From the NCBI RefSeq assembly GCF_001194135.2, contig NC_069001.1, positions 30,502,666 through 30,566,665 on the forward strand: a DNA stretch of 64,000 nucleotides. Reading direction: 5' to 3'. Positions 51,669 through 64,000 of the stretch are shown piece by piece. The DNA is from Octopus bimaculoides. Its lineage: Eukaryota. The notes beneath the pieces are model-generated. The model made no database searches and was not told the origin of the DNA. It worked only from the letters and a program-made list of their open reading frames with translations. How positions within the stretch are numbered: the first letter of the stretch is position 1; every line of letters begins with the position of its first letter. Position numbers and translations under genes: made by a program.

Positions 51669-52729
51669 GTCTATGACCGTACAAAATCAATCGTTTCACG
51701 GTCGTTTTTATGCTTTTTGTTCTGTATCTTCGTAATTCAACATTAATTCTTTTTTTCTGTGATGTCCACGTGAAGGACATATACTCCATGCATTGTGTTA
51801 TTTATCTTTCGTGTGCTTGGTTATATTGGTTACTGTGGTATCTATCAATTGGATAACTATGAACAAACAGATAGATACGCTAAGGAAGTTGAAACGTGTA
51901 TTTACGCTCGGCTTAGAAGCTTGTACGACTACAGTTTCAGAAATTTGATTTCTGTATTTAACGAACAAGAAAACATAGGTTCCGAGATGAATGATATACG
52001 ACTGCTCTTTTTTGTGACGCTTGATTTAGAGGATACTTACGCAGTAATAAATAACACAGTCGAATACGATGACGACGGCATTGCCGCCGATTTTATATCT
52101 ATATTTGATGATGACGCGGAGGCGGTGGATGAGAAAAAGGACGATGATGATGATGATAATGGTGGTGGTGATGGTGTTGATGACGACGATGACGGTGATG
52201 GAGGTTGTGTTGGTGTTGCTGTTGGTATTGATGTGGGAGATGACGTATGTGTAAGAATCAATTCTGTCATTTCAATTGTATTCCTCTTCTCCGTTAACTG
52301 CTTACGTCAGTTATTCAAACCGAAGCCCTCTCTATTTGTCTCTAGTGACACTTACAATCAACCAAATTGTTCTCACTGGAACACAAGTTATAGTTTACAC
52401 TTGTTAAGGCGTTGATTTCCGTTTCTCCCTTATCGGATGATTATATTGCGTTGATTGGAAATTTGTAAAGGATTCAATATTCCTTTGTTTAGATCTACCC
52501 TTGTGAGACCAATGATTCTCACACTAATGGCATTAAAATACAGTAGAAGAAATAACAGCTATCTTGTTAAACCTTATCTCCCTGATTGAAATATATTAAG
52601 GTCCCATTGGATAATATAGGGATAAATACATTTCTTCTGGAAGAGTAAAAATATTTGAAAACGTAACACCTACCACGTGTAGGATCAACCCCACCCACAT
52701 TGGCAGCTGACTTGGATGAAAATAATTAT

Positions 52730-55700
52730 TAAGAATTCACAAGGCCAGCGAATACTGAGGGAATGGCAAAACAATTGCGTTGACTTCGGTGCTTAACTGG
52801 TACTCTATTTCTTCGACCCCTAAATGATGGAAGGCAAAATGTAACTCAACCAAATTTGAACTCAGAACGTCCAGCGTGATAAAATATCAACCAGCTATCT
52901 TTCTATTATAAACACTAGACTCAACATTTTGAAGAGGTGAGCAAGCGGATTACATGAAACTCCATAAGTATCGTCTATGAAAGGCCAATTCGATCTTGGT
53001 GGAATTTGAACTAAGATCATAAAACCGAACGAGTTTGTCAGCTGTCTGCTTTCGTTCAGAATAATTCAAATGCCGTATAATACGTATTGTACAATGTTGT
53101 ATGTTATAGCAATCGCACTGCAGGCTTCATTTCACTATATATATATATATATATATANNNNNNNNNNNNNNNNNNNNNNNNNNNNNNNNNNNNNNNNNNN
53201 NNNNNNNNNNNNNNNNNNNNNNNNNNNNNNNNNNNNNNNNNNNNNNNNNNNNNNNNNNNNNNNNNNNNNNNNNNNNNNNNNNNNNNNNNNNNNNNNNNTA
53301 TATATATATATAGTGTATGTGTGTGTGTGTGTGTGTCTTGATTAGTCAGGTGATTAAAAATCAAGGAATTTTAGAATTTCGAGGTAGTGCTTTAATTGGT
53401 ACAATGCCAGCAATGTGGGGGAGGCGATTAATCGATTACATCGACGCCAGTATTCGAGTGGTACTTATTTTATCGACCCAGAAAGAATGAATGGTAAAGT
53501 CAACGCCGGCAGAATTTGAACTGCAAACGCAAAGACGGACGAAATGCCACTAAGCATTTTGCCCGGCGTGCTAACGATTCTGCCAGCTCGCTGCCCTACA
53601 TATGAAAACAGAATATTACTGGTAGGTATTCGAAAAGCACAAGGGGGTAGCTAAAATTCAAAATAGTCTGCAGTGGTATTTAAATGCAGGATGTAGAGAA
53701 AGACGAAATTAGTCGTGCGCTCAACAGTATCTACTTCTCTTCCGTTATTATATATATATCCAGTCGTATGTTAATAATGTTTCCGTTTGACTAAGTCAAA
53801 AACGGAAATTTGAAAGGAAATTAAAGAAATTGATTTTAATACATCACGCACTTAACGGAGGAGTCGCAGAATCATTACAGTGTCAGTAAAATAAAAAAAC
53901 AAATTAAAAAACACTTGCTCTTTTTAGTTGTGGTTCTTTTAGTGCAGAGTTCAAATCGAACTGGTGCTAATTCCGAATTTCCTACTTTTAGGTTAGGTAG
54001 AATAAAATCCCCAGAAAGGTCTGATATGGATTTAACCGGCTGTGACCAAATTCAAAATATGAGGATTTGTGTTAATCTTCTAAATTAATAACTATTAATA
54101 TAGACTACATATTTTGGGCCCAGGACCAGTTGTTTTAGGGGAGGAGCAAGTTGATTACATTGGCCACAGGGTTCAGCTGATATTTATTTTACTGACACCG
54201 AAAGGCTAAAAGGCAATGTTGACCTGGGTGGAATTGGAAATCAGAACGTGAAGGCGGACATAATGATGCTAAGCATGTAGCATGCCCCGGGAAGGAATTA
54301 ATATAATTAATATTGATTCCATATTTTGGCACGAGTTGAGCAACTTCGGTGAGTGTGTAAGTGGATGACATTGACCCTGTGCTCAAGTGGTACGTATTTT
54401 ATCGACTCCAAAAAGGACGAGAGGGAGAGTTAACTTCTGTGGAATTTGAAAGAAGTGACGGATAAAATGCCGCTATGTATTTTTCCTGCCACGGTAATGA
54501 ATATTCACTATTAATATTAGTGTGGGGATGAGAACGGCGAACTAACAGACTCATTAGCATGAGAACGGCGTGCTGGTAGAGTCATTAGCAATGAGAACGG
54601 CGATGTGGTGGGGTGATTAGTAATTAGAATGGTGAACTGCTAGAGTCATTAGCAATGAGAATGGAGAGCTGGAAGAGTAATTAGCAACGAGAATGGTGAG
54701 CTGGTAGAGTCATTAGCACCGCGGGCCAGATACCTCAAGGCATTTTGTCCCTCTGTTACTCTCTGTTCGAAATCCGCGAAGATTGACTTTGCATTTCATT
54801 CTCTCGGAGTCGATAAAATAAGTGGGGTTGATGTGTGCCGATGAAACCGGTAAACTAGCAGAATCACTAGTGCGTCTGACGCAAGGCTTGGCAGAATTTC
54901 ATCTACCTCTATACGTTTTGAGCTTAAATTCCATTCTCGATAAAATATTTAACAGTCTAGTACTGGGGTTGATCAAAATGAGTTGCTCCCGCATCTCAAA
55001 ATTGATAATGTTAGGTCAAAATTAGGAAGAATACTACTATGGTGATATACTTTCGTTGTTGTCTTTAGATTACAAGTTCAAAACCCATTGGAGTAAGCAT
55101 AACTTTTAAATTTTCAGATGTTATATGCGTTAAGCATCAGTCAATTAGGAAGTTGATTAAAATTCTTAGATTCCGCATCGATTAAGTTTGTGGCCTTGTG
55201 CTTATTTCAGAAATATTCCCAATTTTGGGAAAGTGCAATGATGCAGCAGAATTGATAATGTGTCGGTTCTGAAGCGTAAACTAATTACTTACGTCATGGG
55301 TTCAAATACGGTTGGGATCTGCATGAATTTTTATCGCTTCCCAATCAATAAAATAAGTAGTAGTTGAGTAAGGTTGTTCATATAAACAGCTTTTACGGAG
55401 GAACATGGCATTTCTTTCGTTTTAGTTATAAATTAAATTTTAATTCGTAACCCCGAGAATCGAGCCGGAAATATAGCTAAGAGGGAATTGGAAACCCCGT
55501 TATATCTATATATATATATATATATATATATTTATTTATTTATAAATTGAAGCAGATAAAGTTATAAATAATAGCGAGTTAATATTGGTTTGAAATTAAT
55601 ATTGGTTTCAGAGGAGGGTTAAATTGATTGCATCGACCTGGTGCGTAACTCGTATTTATTTTATCGACCCCGAAAAGATAAAAGGCAAAGTCAATCCCAG

Positions 55701-55790
55701 CGGAATTTGAACTCAGAACTTAAATACGGAGGAAATGTCACTAAGCATATTGTTCGGCATGTTATCGATTCTGCCTATTCCCCACATTTT
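52730..55790. mobile_element. dense cluster of ~10 family-C SINE copies or fragments on both strands
   Basis: Minus copies at ~52730-52875, 52890-53030, 53392-53596, 54100-54290, 54300-54490 and 55590-55786. Plus copies at ~53860-54060, 54690-54830, 54840-55030 and 55260-55370. Divergence ranges from near-consensus to barely alignable. Confidence 0.75.
54528..54718 (+). repeat. six tandem 31-32-bp units derived from a SINE 5' head
   Basis: Units start at 54528, 54559, 54591, 54623, 54655 and 54687 (consensus atgagaa(c/t)ggcgagctggtagagtcattagca). The last runs into a family-C body. Confidence 0.9.
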
Positions 55791-56134
55791 AGCGACTTAA
55801 TATGGGATAGAAAACGTAGAAGCTTGCTCCCGCGCACATACACATGCATATATGTATATGTTTCTGTGTCAACCTGCGTAGTATATATTATATATATCTA
55901 CTGGCAATTTCAAATATTTCTCCATAGACGGAAAAAAAAGACTGTCTTAATCAAAATTCGACCCTTATTAGTGTCTCAGAGGCAGCTACTCCACTTCTAT
56001 AATTTCAGAAAGAAATAATGTAGCTTTAGGGAAATGGAACAACTAATTTACATGCTATAAGTGTTTAACAATATATTTAGTATCCATTCAACGGGAAGCA
56101 CAGTCAGTATTGTATCAGGGAATGATATAGGGTA

Positions 56135-56216
56135 CAGGTCGTGGTCGACTTGCGACCAAAATTGGTTCCGACTGATGGATCGTAAGTCGATTTAGTCGTA
56201 AGTCGACGACAACCTG
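56135..56216. mobile_element. 82-bp pogo/Tigger-type MITE
   Basis: TA|CAGGTCGTGGTCGACTTGCGACCAAA ... TTTAGTCGTAAGTCGACGACAACCTG|TA, 26-bp TIRs with 4 mismatches. The CAGG..TCGACTTACGAC end resembles pogo/Tigger TIRs. Confidence 0.8.
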
Positions 56217-56339
56217 TATACGTTAACCTACGAATCGAATGTTCAACTATTTCTCCGAAAAACTGACGACCCGCCTAAATAGATTTCCAGTACGTATTGG
56301 GGTTTTTATCAGAGGTCATACACAGACACATACGTACAC

Positions 56340-56379
<40 letters not shown>

Positions 56380-56499
56380 ATACATATATATATATATATA
56401 TATATGTGTGTGTTTACATGTGTATTTATATATATATATATATATCATAGGTAATTATAGAAATAGATATAGATCCATACATGCCCAGATATACACAAG

Positions 56500-56542
<43 letters not shown>

Positions 56543-57852
56543 ATGCATATATATGTGTGTATGTGTGTGTGTGTGTGTCATGGGAGAGTGAGAGTGAGAA
56601 AGAGAGAGAGCGGGGTCCAAATCAGGTAAAACTGTGTTTAATGGAGTAATGTACAGTAATTACCCAAGTTGACTTTACACCAAAACCTTCCTATTCATTT
56701 GCAATTAAAAGAAAATGCAGTTTCGTAACTACCTGGCAATGAATGTCTATAAACGCTTTATCAGTCAGCGTTCACATCCACAGAATTTATGTATTTAGAT
56801 GTAATTACTAGGTTGTTAAAACAGAGTTGTTAGCATAGAGTAGGAAGCAAGATGGTATGCTGGTAGATTCTTACAGCTGTTTCCAGAACAGATGCGTATA
56901 TGGTGGATTTGTGAGCGGACGAATATGTGCGTCTGTGTCTGTTTATATATATTTATATATATACATGGAAAGTGAGATAGAGGGAGATACTGGTGTTAAT
57001 TAATGTTCTTGTCTTAACTTACTTGCATAATTGCAAAGAGGCAGCGTTATTTATATTTATTTTCATAGTTCTATTTGTTTTCTCACAGCAGTGATTGCAT
57101 TAAAGATTAAACGATGGAAGCCATTTTAAATATATTAGGGTAACATGATGTATGATGATATTAAACTTTCTAAACACTTCGAAAGATGCCGATGCCGAGA
57201 ATGAAAGAGAAACTTTCAAAGCAAAATACAAAAAATAAAGAAAAACAAACGAAGATATCACTTATTTTCCTTTATTTTTTGAATCTTAGTCATTTCTGTC
57301 TTATTAGAGAAACTATTAATAATTTCTCACTGTCATTTCTACATCATTAAGTCGCTGATTAACAGTTCGCGTCACTTTTATCAGATAATGAGACTACTTT
57401 GACAGATTGATTAGTTTTATTTTTAAATTCTAATCATATCCGCCCATAAATTCTTAACGAAAATATCCCCCCCCCCATCTCTTTCATATTTCTAACATTT
57501 CAGTCATTCTCCGTCTCGTTTCGATTTTACTATTTTACTATTTCTATTTAACTTCCATCATTGATTTCAAACCAGTCCTCCCACTAATTTGAAAAGATCA
57601 CTGATTAAGTTCAGACCACAAAGACTATAAAGTGACCTAATTTTTATTTTGTTTTCAAATCTTGTTTAATAATGCGTTCTGTGGAAAATCTCCTTCTTGT
57701 GCTAATTGTAGCTAGTTGATGAAGCTTTCTAATGTTATTATAGCCGATATCAAGCAACAATGATAAAATTATATAACAATGTATACATGTGGTATGTGGA
57801 CGTGACGTTATGTTTCTCCGTTTGCGCGTGTATACTGGCATGTGCGTTTGCG

Positions 57853-57919
<67 letters not shown>

Positions 57920-57986
57920 ATGTTCGGGTACGTAGGTAAGCATGCATGAATATACATATATATATATATATATTATNNNNNNNNNN

Positions 57987-58056
<70 letters not shown>

Positions 58057-58569
58057 ACATATATATATGTATACACTTATATGTACAAATATATATACAC
58101 ATATATGCATATATATATATTTGTACATATGTGTGTATATATATATGGACATATATACATTTATACTAGTGAATGTATATGTATATATTTGTGTGTGTAT
58201 ATATATATATGTGTGTGTATGTGTGTGTGTGTGTGTGTGTGGGTGTGTGTGTGTGTGTGTAAACGCACATCCATGCACATGTACACATAAGTATGCATGC
58301 TTGTGCATGTCTGTGCTTGTATCTACGCACACTTGTTATATCAGAGAATATTCGTATCTATAGAAGGATGTAAGTACGTGTGTTTGCAACAGTAGATCTA
58401 GGTTTGATTTCATCTTCGACTCTATGAACAAAACTCTGGCCAATACTATTGAATCATTTTCCACACAATTCTAATCTTGAATATAAATACGAGAAAAAAA
58501 CTTCAATCTTTAAATCCCTAACAATCTTAGTGCCTTATATCCACCAAATAACTACGATGTGCGGAATAG

Positions 58570-58835
58570 ACTGAAATCGCTAGCTTTGTGTCAAAATTTG
58601 AAATCAATGATGTGAATACAGTTAAGGCGGTGAGCTGGTAGAATGGTTTACACACGAGGCAAAATGCTAAGCATTATTTCATCCATCTGAGTTCAAATCC
58701 AGCCGAGGCTGAATAAACTTTCATCCTTTTGGAGTCGATAAAATATATACTATTTGAGCACTGGGGTCGATGTAGTTGATTTTCACTTCTACTGAAATCG
58801 ATGGCCTTGTGACAAAATTTGAAACCAATATAAAA
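58570..58835 (+). mobile_element. family-C SINE preceded by a 3'-tail fragment of another copy
   Basis: ctgaaatcgctagctttgtgtcaaaatttgaaatc (58570-58606), then aaggcggtgagctggtagaa...ggccttgtgacaaaatttgaaacc. Confidence 0.8.
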
Positions 58836-59793
58836 TATAACATTATTTATTTAAACAAATGTGTGAATTTATTCGTGTTGTTACACTTAACCGCAAAAGT
58901 GGATTATAAATGTTTGTAGACGACCGGAAAAAATCGATGATTCGATAACTTTGCGATTTCTTTTATCGATACAGTAGCAGTATCATTATAGCTAGTCCAG
59001 GCACATATTTGATTTTGAAAACGATATCATTGGAAATAAACCTACAAGCATTATTTTGACGCAGATCATGACATTATTAAAATCTTATTAAAATCTACGA
59101 CAGTTTAGTTCACACATATGAAAATGCCCCACAAACAACAACTCATTCAGTCAACCCTACTGAACGCATATCACATAATCATAATTGACATACCTGTGTA
59201 TGAAATTAATTTTTATTTGTCGATGTAACGATGAATCGATTTTTAGTAGACGATGGCGGTATATATAAATGCACGACTTCGTAAAAGAGCGCATATATCT
59301 ACATATACAGATATATATATATATAAATATTATAGTGCTTCTTTGTGCATCTTATCCAATTTTCTTTCTTGGATAGGTTACGTTGACCTGTCACGATATT
59401 CTTCAATGCATCAAGGAGCTGTACTTTATTTTCTCCTTTTGATAGGGTGATAACCTTTCTAAGACCCTTTACACAGAATGCTGCCAATATTCCATTGATA
59501 AAATACTGCAACACACACAAACGCACACGCACACTCACACACACACACACACACACACACACATCAACACACACACCAAACACATATGCATATGTATGTA
59601 TGCAACCATATATTTATGTATGCATTCATATATGATGAATGGAGAGAGCAATAATAAATCCAATGATTAGTTATGCACCCACAAGGGATTTAAAGATTCG
59701 TAAATTCCAATTGTCGAATACAGATTTTAAAAAGAAAATTCATTGCGGCAATGTATGTATATAAATATATATGTGAGTGTGTGTGTGTACATG

Positions 59794-59838
<45 letters not shown>

Positions 59839-62059
59839 ATACCAATCTATCCATCTCTCCCCCTCTTTCTCTCTCTGTATATATATATATTATAGATCTA
59901 TATTATATGTATATATATGTATATTTGATATTTATATTTGATATTTATGTATTTTATATTGTCATACACATACACATCCTGACATATGTACACACACACA
60001 CACACACACATATATATAATCAGATTCTTTTTTTTTCTGTTTGAAATTCGAATGGAAAAAATATAAGACATTTCTAGAAAAAAGGGAATGGGATGAGAAG
60101 AATAGAGAAGAAAATAAGAATTAAGAAACAAAGAATAAAGGAATGATAGAAATAAAAATTACAAAAGAAAAAGAAAAATTAAAAGAAAGCAATTATCAGA
60201 GATGCGTACACGAGAACGTGAAACGCAAAAAATATAAACGAATATTTTGGATAGTTATAGATAAATATATATAAATATTTCCTATTGAAATGTGTTCCGT
60301 TTTGATTCCATTTCAGGATATACCTATGCGCTTCCGATTATTATAGAAAGCAATAAATTATTGATAGATGAGTTATCAATAAACAAATAGATAAATATAT
60401 AAATAAATGCGGAGAATTAATTCTAGTCGTAAAACCTATTCTAAAAAGTGTCCTATCGATATTCTATAAAAAAATGATATATTGGAATAAATATTGGTAA
60501 ATGAAATTTGGACAGAATACGCTACAAGAGTAAGTTTGATCTCATCAACCCTACGTATATTACTGGTATTTCGTTGGAAGGAGCTTGTATATATGAAAGA
60601 TAATACTGAATTCAATGCAACTCAAAATAATTATGGAGTACATGTCCGTCTCAATGAATTCCAGCCCGTAGGTTGTGTTCGCTTATACATATATAAATGA
60701 GGTGCTTTTGGCGAAGCATTGTGAGGTATAACTTTAAAAGGGTTGTTTCCAAACGGCGAATCTATCCAAGAAGGTGGAAAGTGAACTACAAAAGGGGGGA
60801 AAACAGTACAAATTTGCAGTTTTACCTTGCATTATTATACTTCGGGGTAAAGACCACTTCTTCAAGACATTTGGAAAAAAACGATAGATTGAAATACTGA
60901 GGATTATATAGAAATCCCAGGTAAAGTGCAACATAATTGTTTTCCATCCCCCTTGTAGTCTACCTGTTATCTTCTCGCACTATAGTGGCCTTTCACAACA
61001 ACCTTCTTTAATAAATATATATATATATATATATACACACCTACATCTTCCTCTCTATCTATCTATCTNNNNNNNNNNNNNNNNNNNNNNNNNNNNNNNN
61101 NNNNNNNNNNNNNNNNNNNNNNNNNNNNNNNNNNNNNNNNNNNNNNNNNNNNNNNNNNNNNNNNNNNNNNNNNNNNNNNNNNNNNNNNNNNNNNNNNNNN
61201 NNNNNNNNNNNNNNNNNNNNNNNNNNNNNNNNNNNNNNNNNNNNNNNNNNNNNNNNNNNNNNNNNNNNNNNNNNNNNNNNNNNNNNNNNNNNNNNNNNNN
61301 NNNNNNNNNNNNNNNNNNNNNNNNNNNNNNNNNNNNNNNNNNNNNNNNNNNNNNNNNNNNNNNNNNNNNNNNNNNNNNNNNNNNNNNNATATATATATAT
61401 ATATATACCGTACTTACACCTGAATGAATGCAATAAATATATTACTTATATCCGCTTCCTTTCCTTCTTTACTGTCTGTTTCGTTTATGCACAAATACTT
61501 GCACATTCATACAGACACAAGCCCACACATACTCACTAACACTCAAACACACACACGTAAATAATATATTTTAAACACACACATATATCTGTGTGCGCGC
61601 GGATTATAAATAAAACCTAAGAAACCAAGGATTGACACCCTGAACCTGGAAATTTCTTTACCGAGGTGAAAGTCTCGGGTGTATCATTTGTAATGATAAG
61701 CGTTGCTCATCATAGTAAGAAGACTTTGTTCCCAACTGTGCCGTCAAAACTTGCAATATGGTTCCCATCTTGGTTGTCATCGCAAGTTAAAAACCCAGAA
61801 CTCACACCAAATTTCTTCTATAATTATTGTCCAATATTTAGTTCACGTCGTATCTAGAACTGATTTCATTCATTACAAATAAAGGCAAGACAGTTCGAGC
61901 TGACTTAGTGGGGACTTGAACTGAGTTTGTAGCGAAGTTCAAACATGATGATAGCTGTCCGCCATCATATATGTACTTACATGCTATATATACAGAAGTA
62001 TATATTTATATGCATAGATATATGTGTGTGTATATACACACACACACTAAAATACATAC

Positions 62060-62098
<39 letters not shown>

Positions 62099-62575
62099 AT
62101 CTAGGCATTACGTTAAAATATTAAATATCAATGAGTCTCATATACGGTAATGTATTTTCCGTATTTTATTTCATAGCATATTATTTCCGTTTATTGTGTG
62201 AGCGTTTGGGAATCCACAGATTTTTGTGCGATCCATTTATATCATGACAGTGATCACCACACACACAGATTAGAAGTAACCGAAATCTAGCGGCATTCAG
62301 GGGATGCATTCCAGATAATTGTATTATGTTATTATATTCTGTAGAGAGGGAGATTTGTATTGAGTGATGTGAGATTACATAGTTGCTTTTACTTGGTAGT
62401 TTCTGTCGTGATATTGCTATCAGCAAGAAAGAATCATTGTGACATCTGGCTTGGATTATATATAAGCTTGTGTATCAACGTGTATGAGTTCGAGAAGGTG
62501 TTTACATAGAAGTATCCATAGGGAAGGTATACTTGTATACCTGCACATATTTTTATGCATATATTCATATATGTC

Positions 62576-62619
<44 letters not shown>

Positions 62620-63309
62620 ATATTAGGGACAAAATCCAAAATTACAGGTAAAAAACTCAATTAAAGTATATATAATATATATATATATATATGTATAACA
62701 CATGAATATATATGGAGTGTATATATATATATATATANNNNNNNNNNNNNNNNNNNNNNNNNNNNNNNNNNNNNNNNNNNNNNNNNNNNNNNNNNNNNNN
62801 NNNNNNNNNNNNNNNNNNNNNNNNNNNNNNNNNNNNNNNNNNNNNNNNNNNNNNNNNNNNNNNNNNNNNNNNNNNNNNNNNNNNNNNNNNNNNNNNNNNN
62901 NNNNNNNNNNNNNNNNNNNNNNNNNNNNNNNNNNNNNNNNNNNNNNNNNNNNNNNNNNNNNNNNNNNNNNNNNNNNNNNNNNNNNNNNNNNNNNNNNNNN
63001 NNNNNNNNNNNNNNNNNNNNNNNNNNNNNNNNNNNNNNNNNNNNNNNNNNNNNNNNNNNNNNNNNNNNNNNNNNNNNNNNNNNNNNNNNNNNNNNNNNNN
63101 NNNNNNNNNNNNNNNNNNNNNNNNNNNNNNNNNNNNNNNNNNNNNNNNNNNNNNNNNNNNNNNNNNNNNNNNNNNNNNNNNNNNNNNNNNNNNNNNNNNN
63201 NNNNNNNNNNNNNNNNNNNNNNNNNNNNNNNNNNNNNNNNNNNNNNNNNNNNNNNNNNNNNNNNNNNNNNNNNNNNNNNNNNNNNNNNNNNNNNNNNNNN
63301 NNNNNNNNN

Positions 63310-63346
<37 letters not shown>

Positions 63347-63682
63347 TATATCTCAATGTACTTGATTATCACACGCGTTGCTACTAATGGTATGGATGCG
63401 TTAAAAAATGCAAGTATTTCTTTGCTGTTATAGATTATACTGTGTTATTTAAGGTGAATAATTTCGTGGCAACAGTTGAATGAGGTAAAAAATGTGTGTT
63501 AAAGTATGGCGTACAGAATTCGCCCCGAAAACGAATGTCGTTTCATTTTCACGACAATGAATGTATGCATATGCGCCATTATGTATGCAATAATATTCGC
63601 ACAAGCATACAATAGATGCACACGCATATGTGCAGGAGACACAGTGTTTGATATGAAGATGTGCACACCACCATATACTCAC

Positions 63683-63694
63683 CTACACATGTTC
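63683..63694 (-). other. candidate 12-nt microexon GAACATGTGTAG
   Basis: Minus strand: ttacttatgcatgcatttttttcctttttgcatttacag|GAACATGTGTAG|gtgagtat. Long pyrimidine tract, CAG acceptor, near-consensus TAG|GTGAGT donor, length divisible by 3. Confidence 0.5.
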
Positions 63695-63966
63695 CTGTAA
63701 ATGCAAAAAGGAAAAAAATGCATGCATAAGTAACATGTATCCTTATATATGTTTCAAAAATACTTGTGTGCTTTCTCTACGTTTAAAATGCCCACGTCTA
63801 TATATTTTCGGGTAATGCAAACAGCAGAAACACTTAAATACATGGATGTGTGTGTGTGTTTGCATGCATGTATGTAGGTGTTTCTATGTGTATATATATA
63901 TAAACATACCTGTATACATATATATACATATATAATTATTTACATAAAGACATGTGTACATATATA

Positions 63967-64000
<34 letters not shown>

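Noticed and set aside
51795-52415. 206-aa ORF with D/G-rich tract
   Set aside because: Openness is explained by GAT/GGT trinucleotide repeats. No domain recognised and no clear splice signals.

Overview
AT-rich eukaryotic non-coding DNA from a draft assembly, with about 15 N-gaps, most flanked by (TA)n. The SINE, LINE and microsatellite content looks like a coleoid cephalopod, most likely an Octopus species; this is inferred from the repeat families, not from a database match. No intact protein-coding gene is identifiable, and almost all listed ORFs are microsatellite translations. The window holds at least five tRNA-headed or SINE-like families (labelled A-E here; family C has roughly 30 copies, often in head-to-tail arrays). 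It also has decayed LINE pieces (L1/Tx1-like, CR1, R4/Dong-like), three Tc1/mariner transposase remnants, two TA-flanked MITEs, a 208-bp near-perfect hairpin and several hammerhead-ribozyme-like cores. The most interesting candidates are: a 12-nt minus-strand microexon with strong splice sites and an upstream UGC (63683-63694), suggesting the window lies in long introns of a minus-strand gene; SINE arrays whose units are separated by repeated copies of one target site, plus SINE-in-SINE insertion at one fixed position; a ~200-bp monomer array in front of a LINE ORF1, resembling rodent L1 promoter monomers; and minimal hammerhead motifs all on the minus strand. None of these is confirmed without expression or comparative data.
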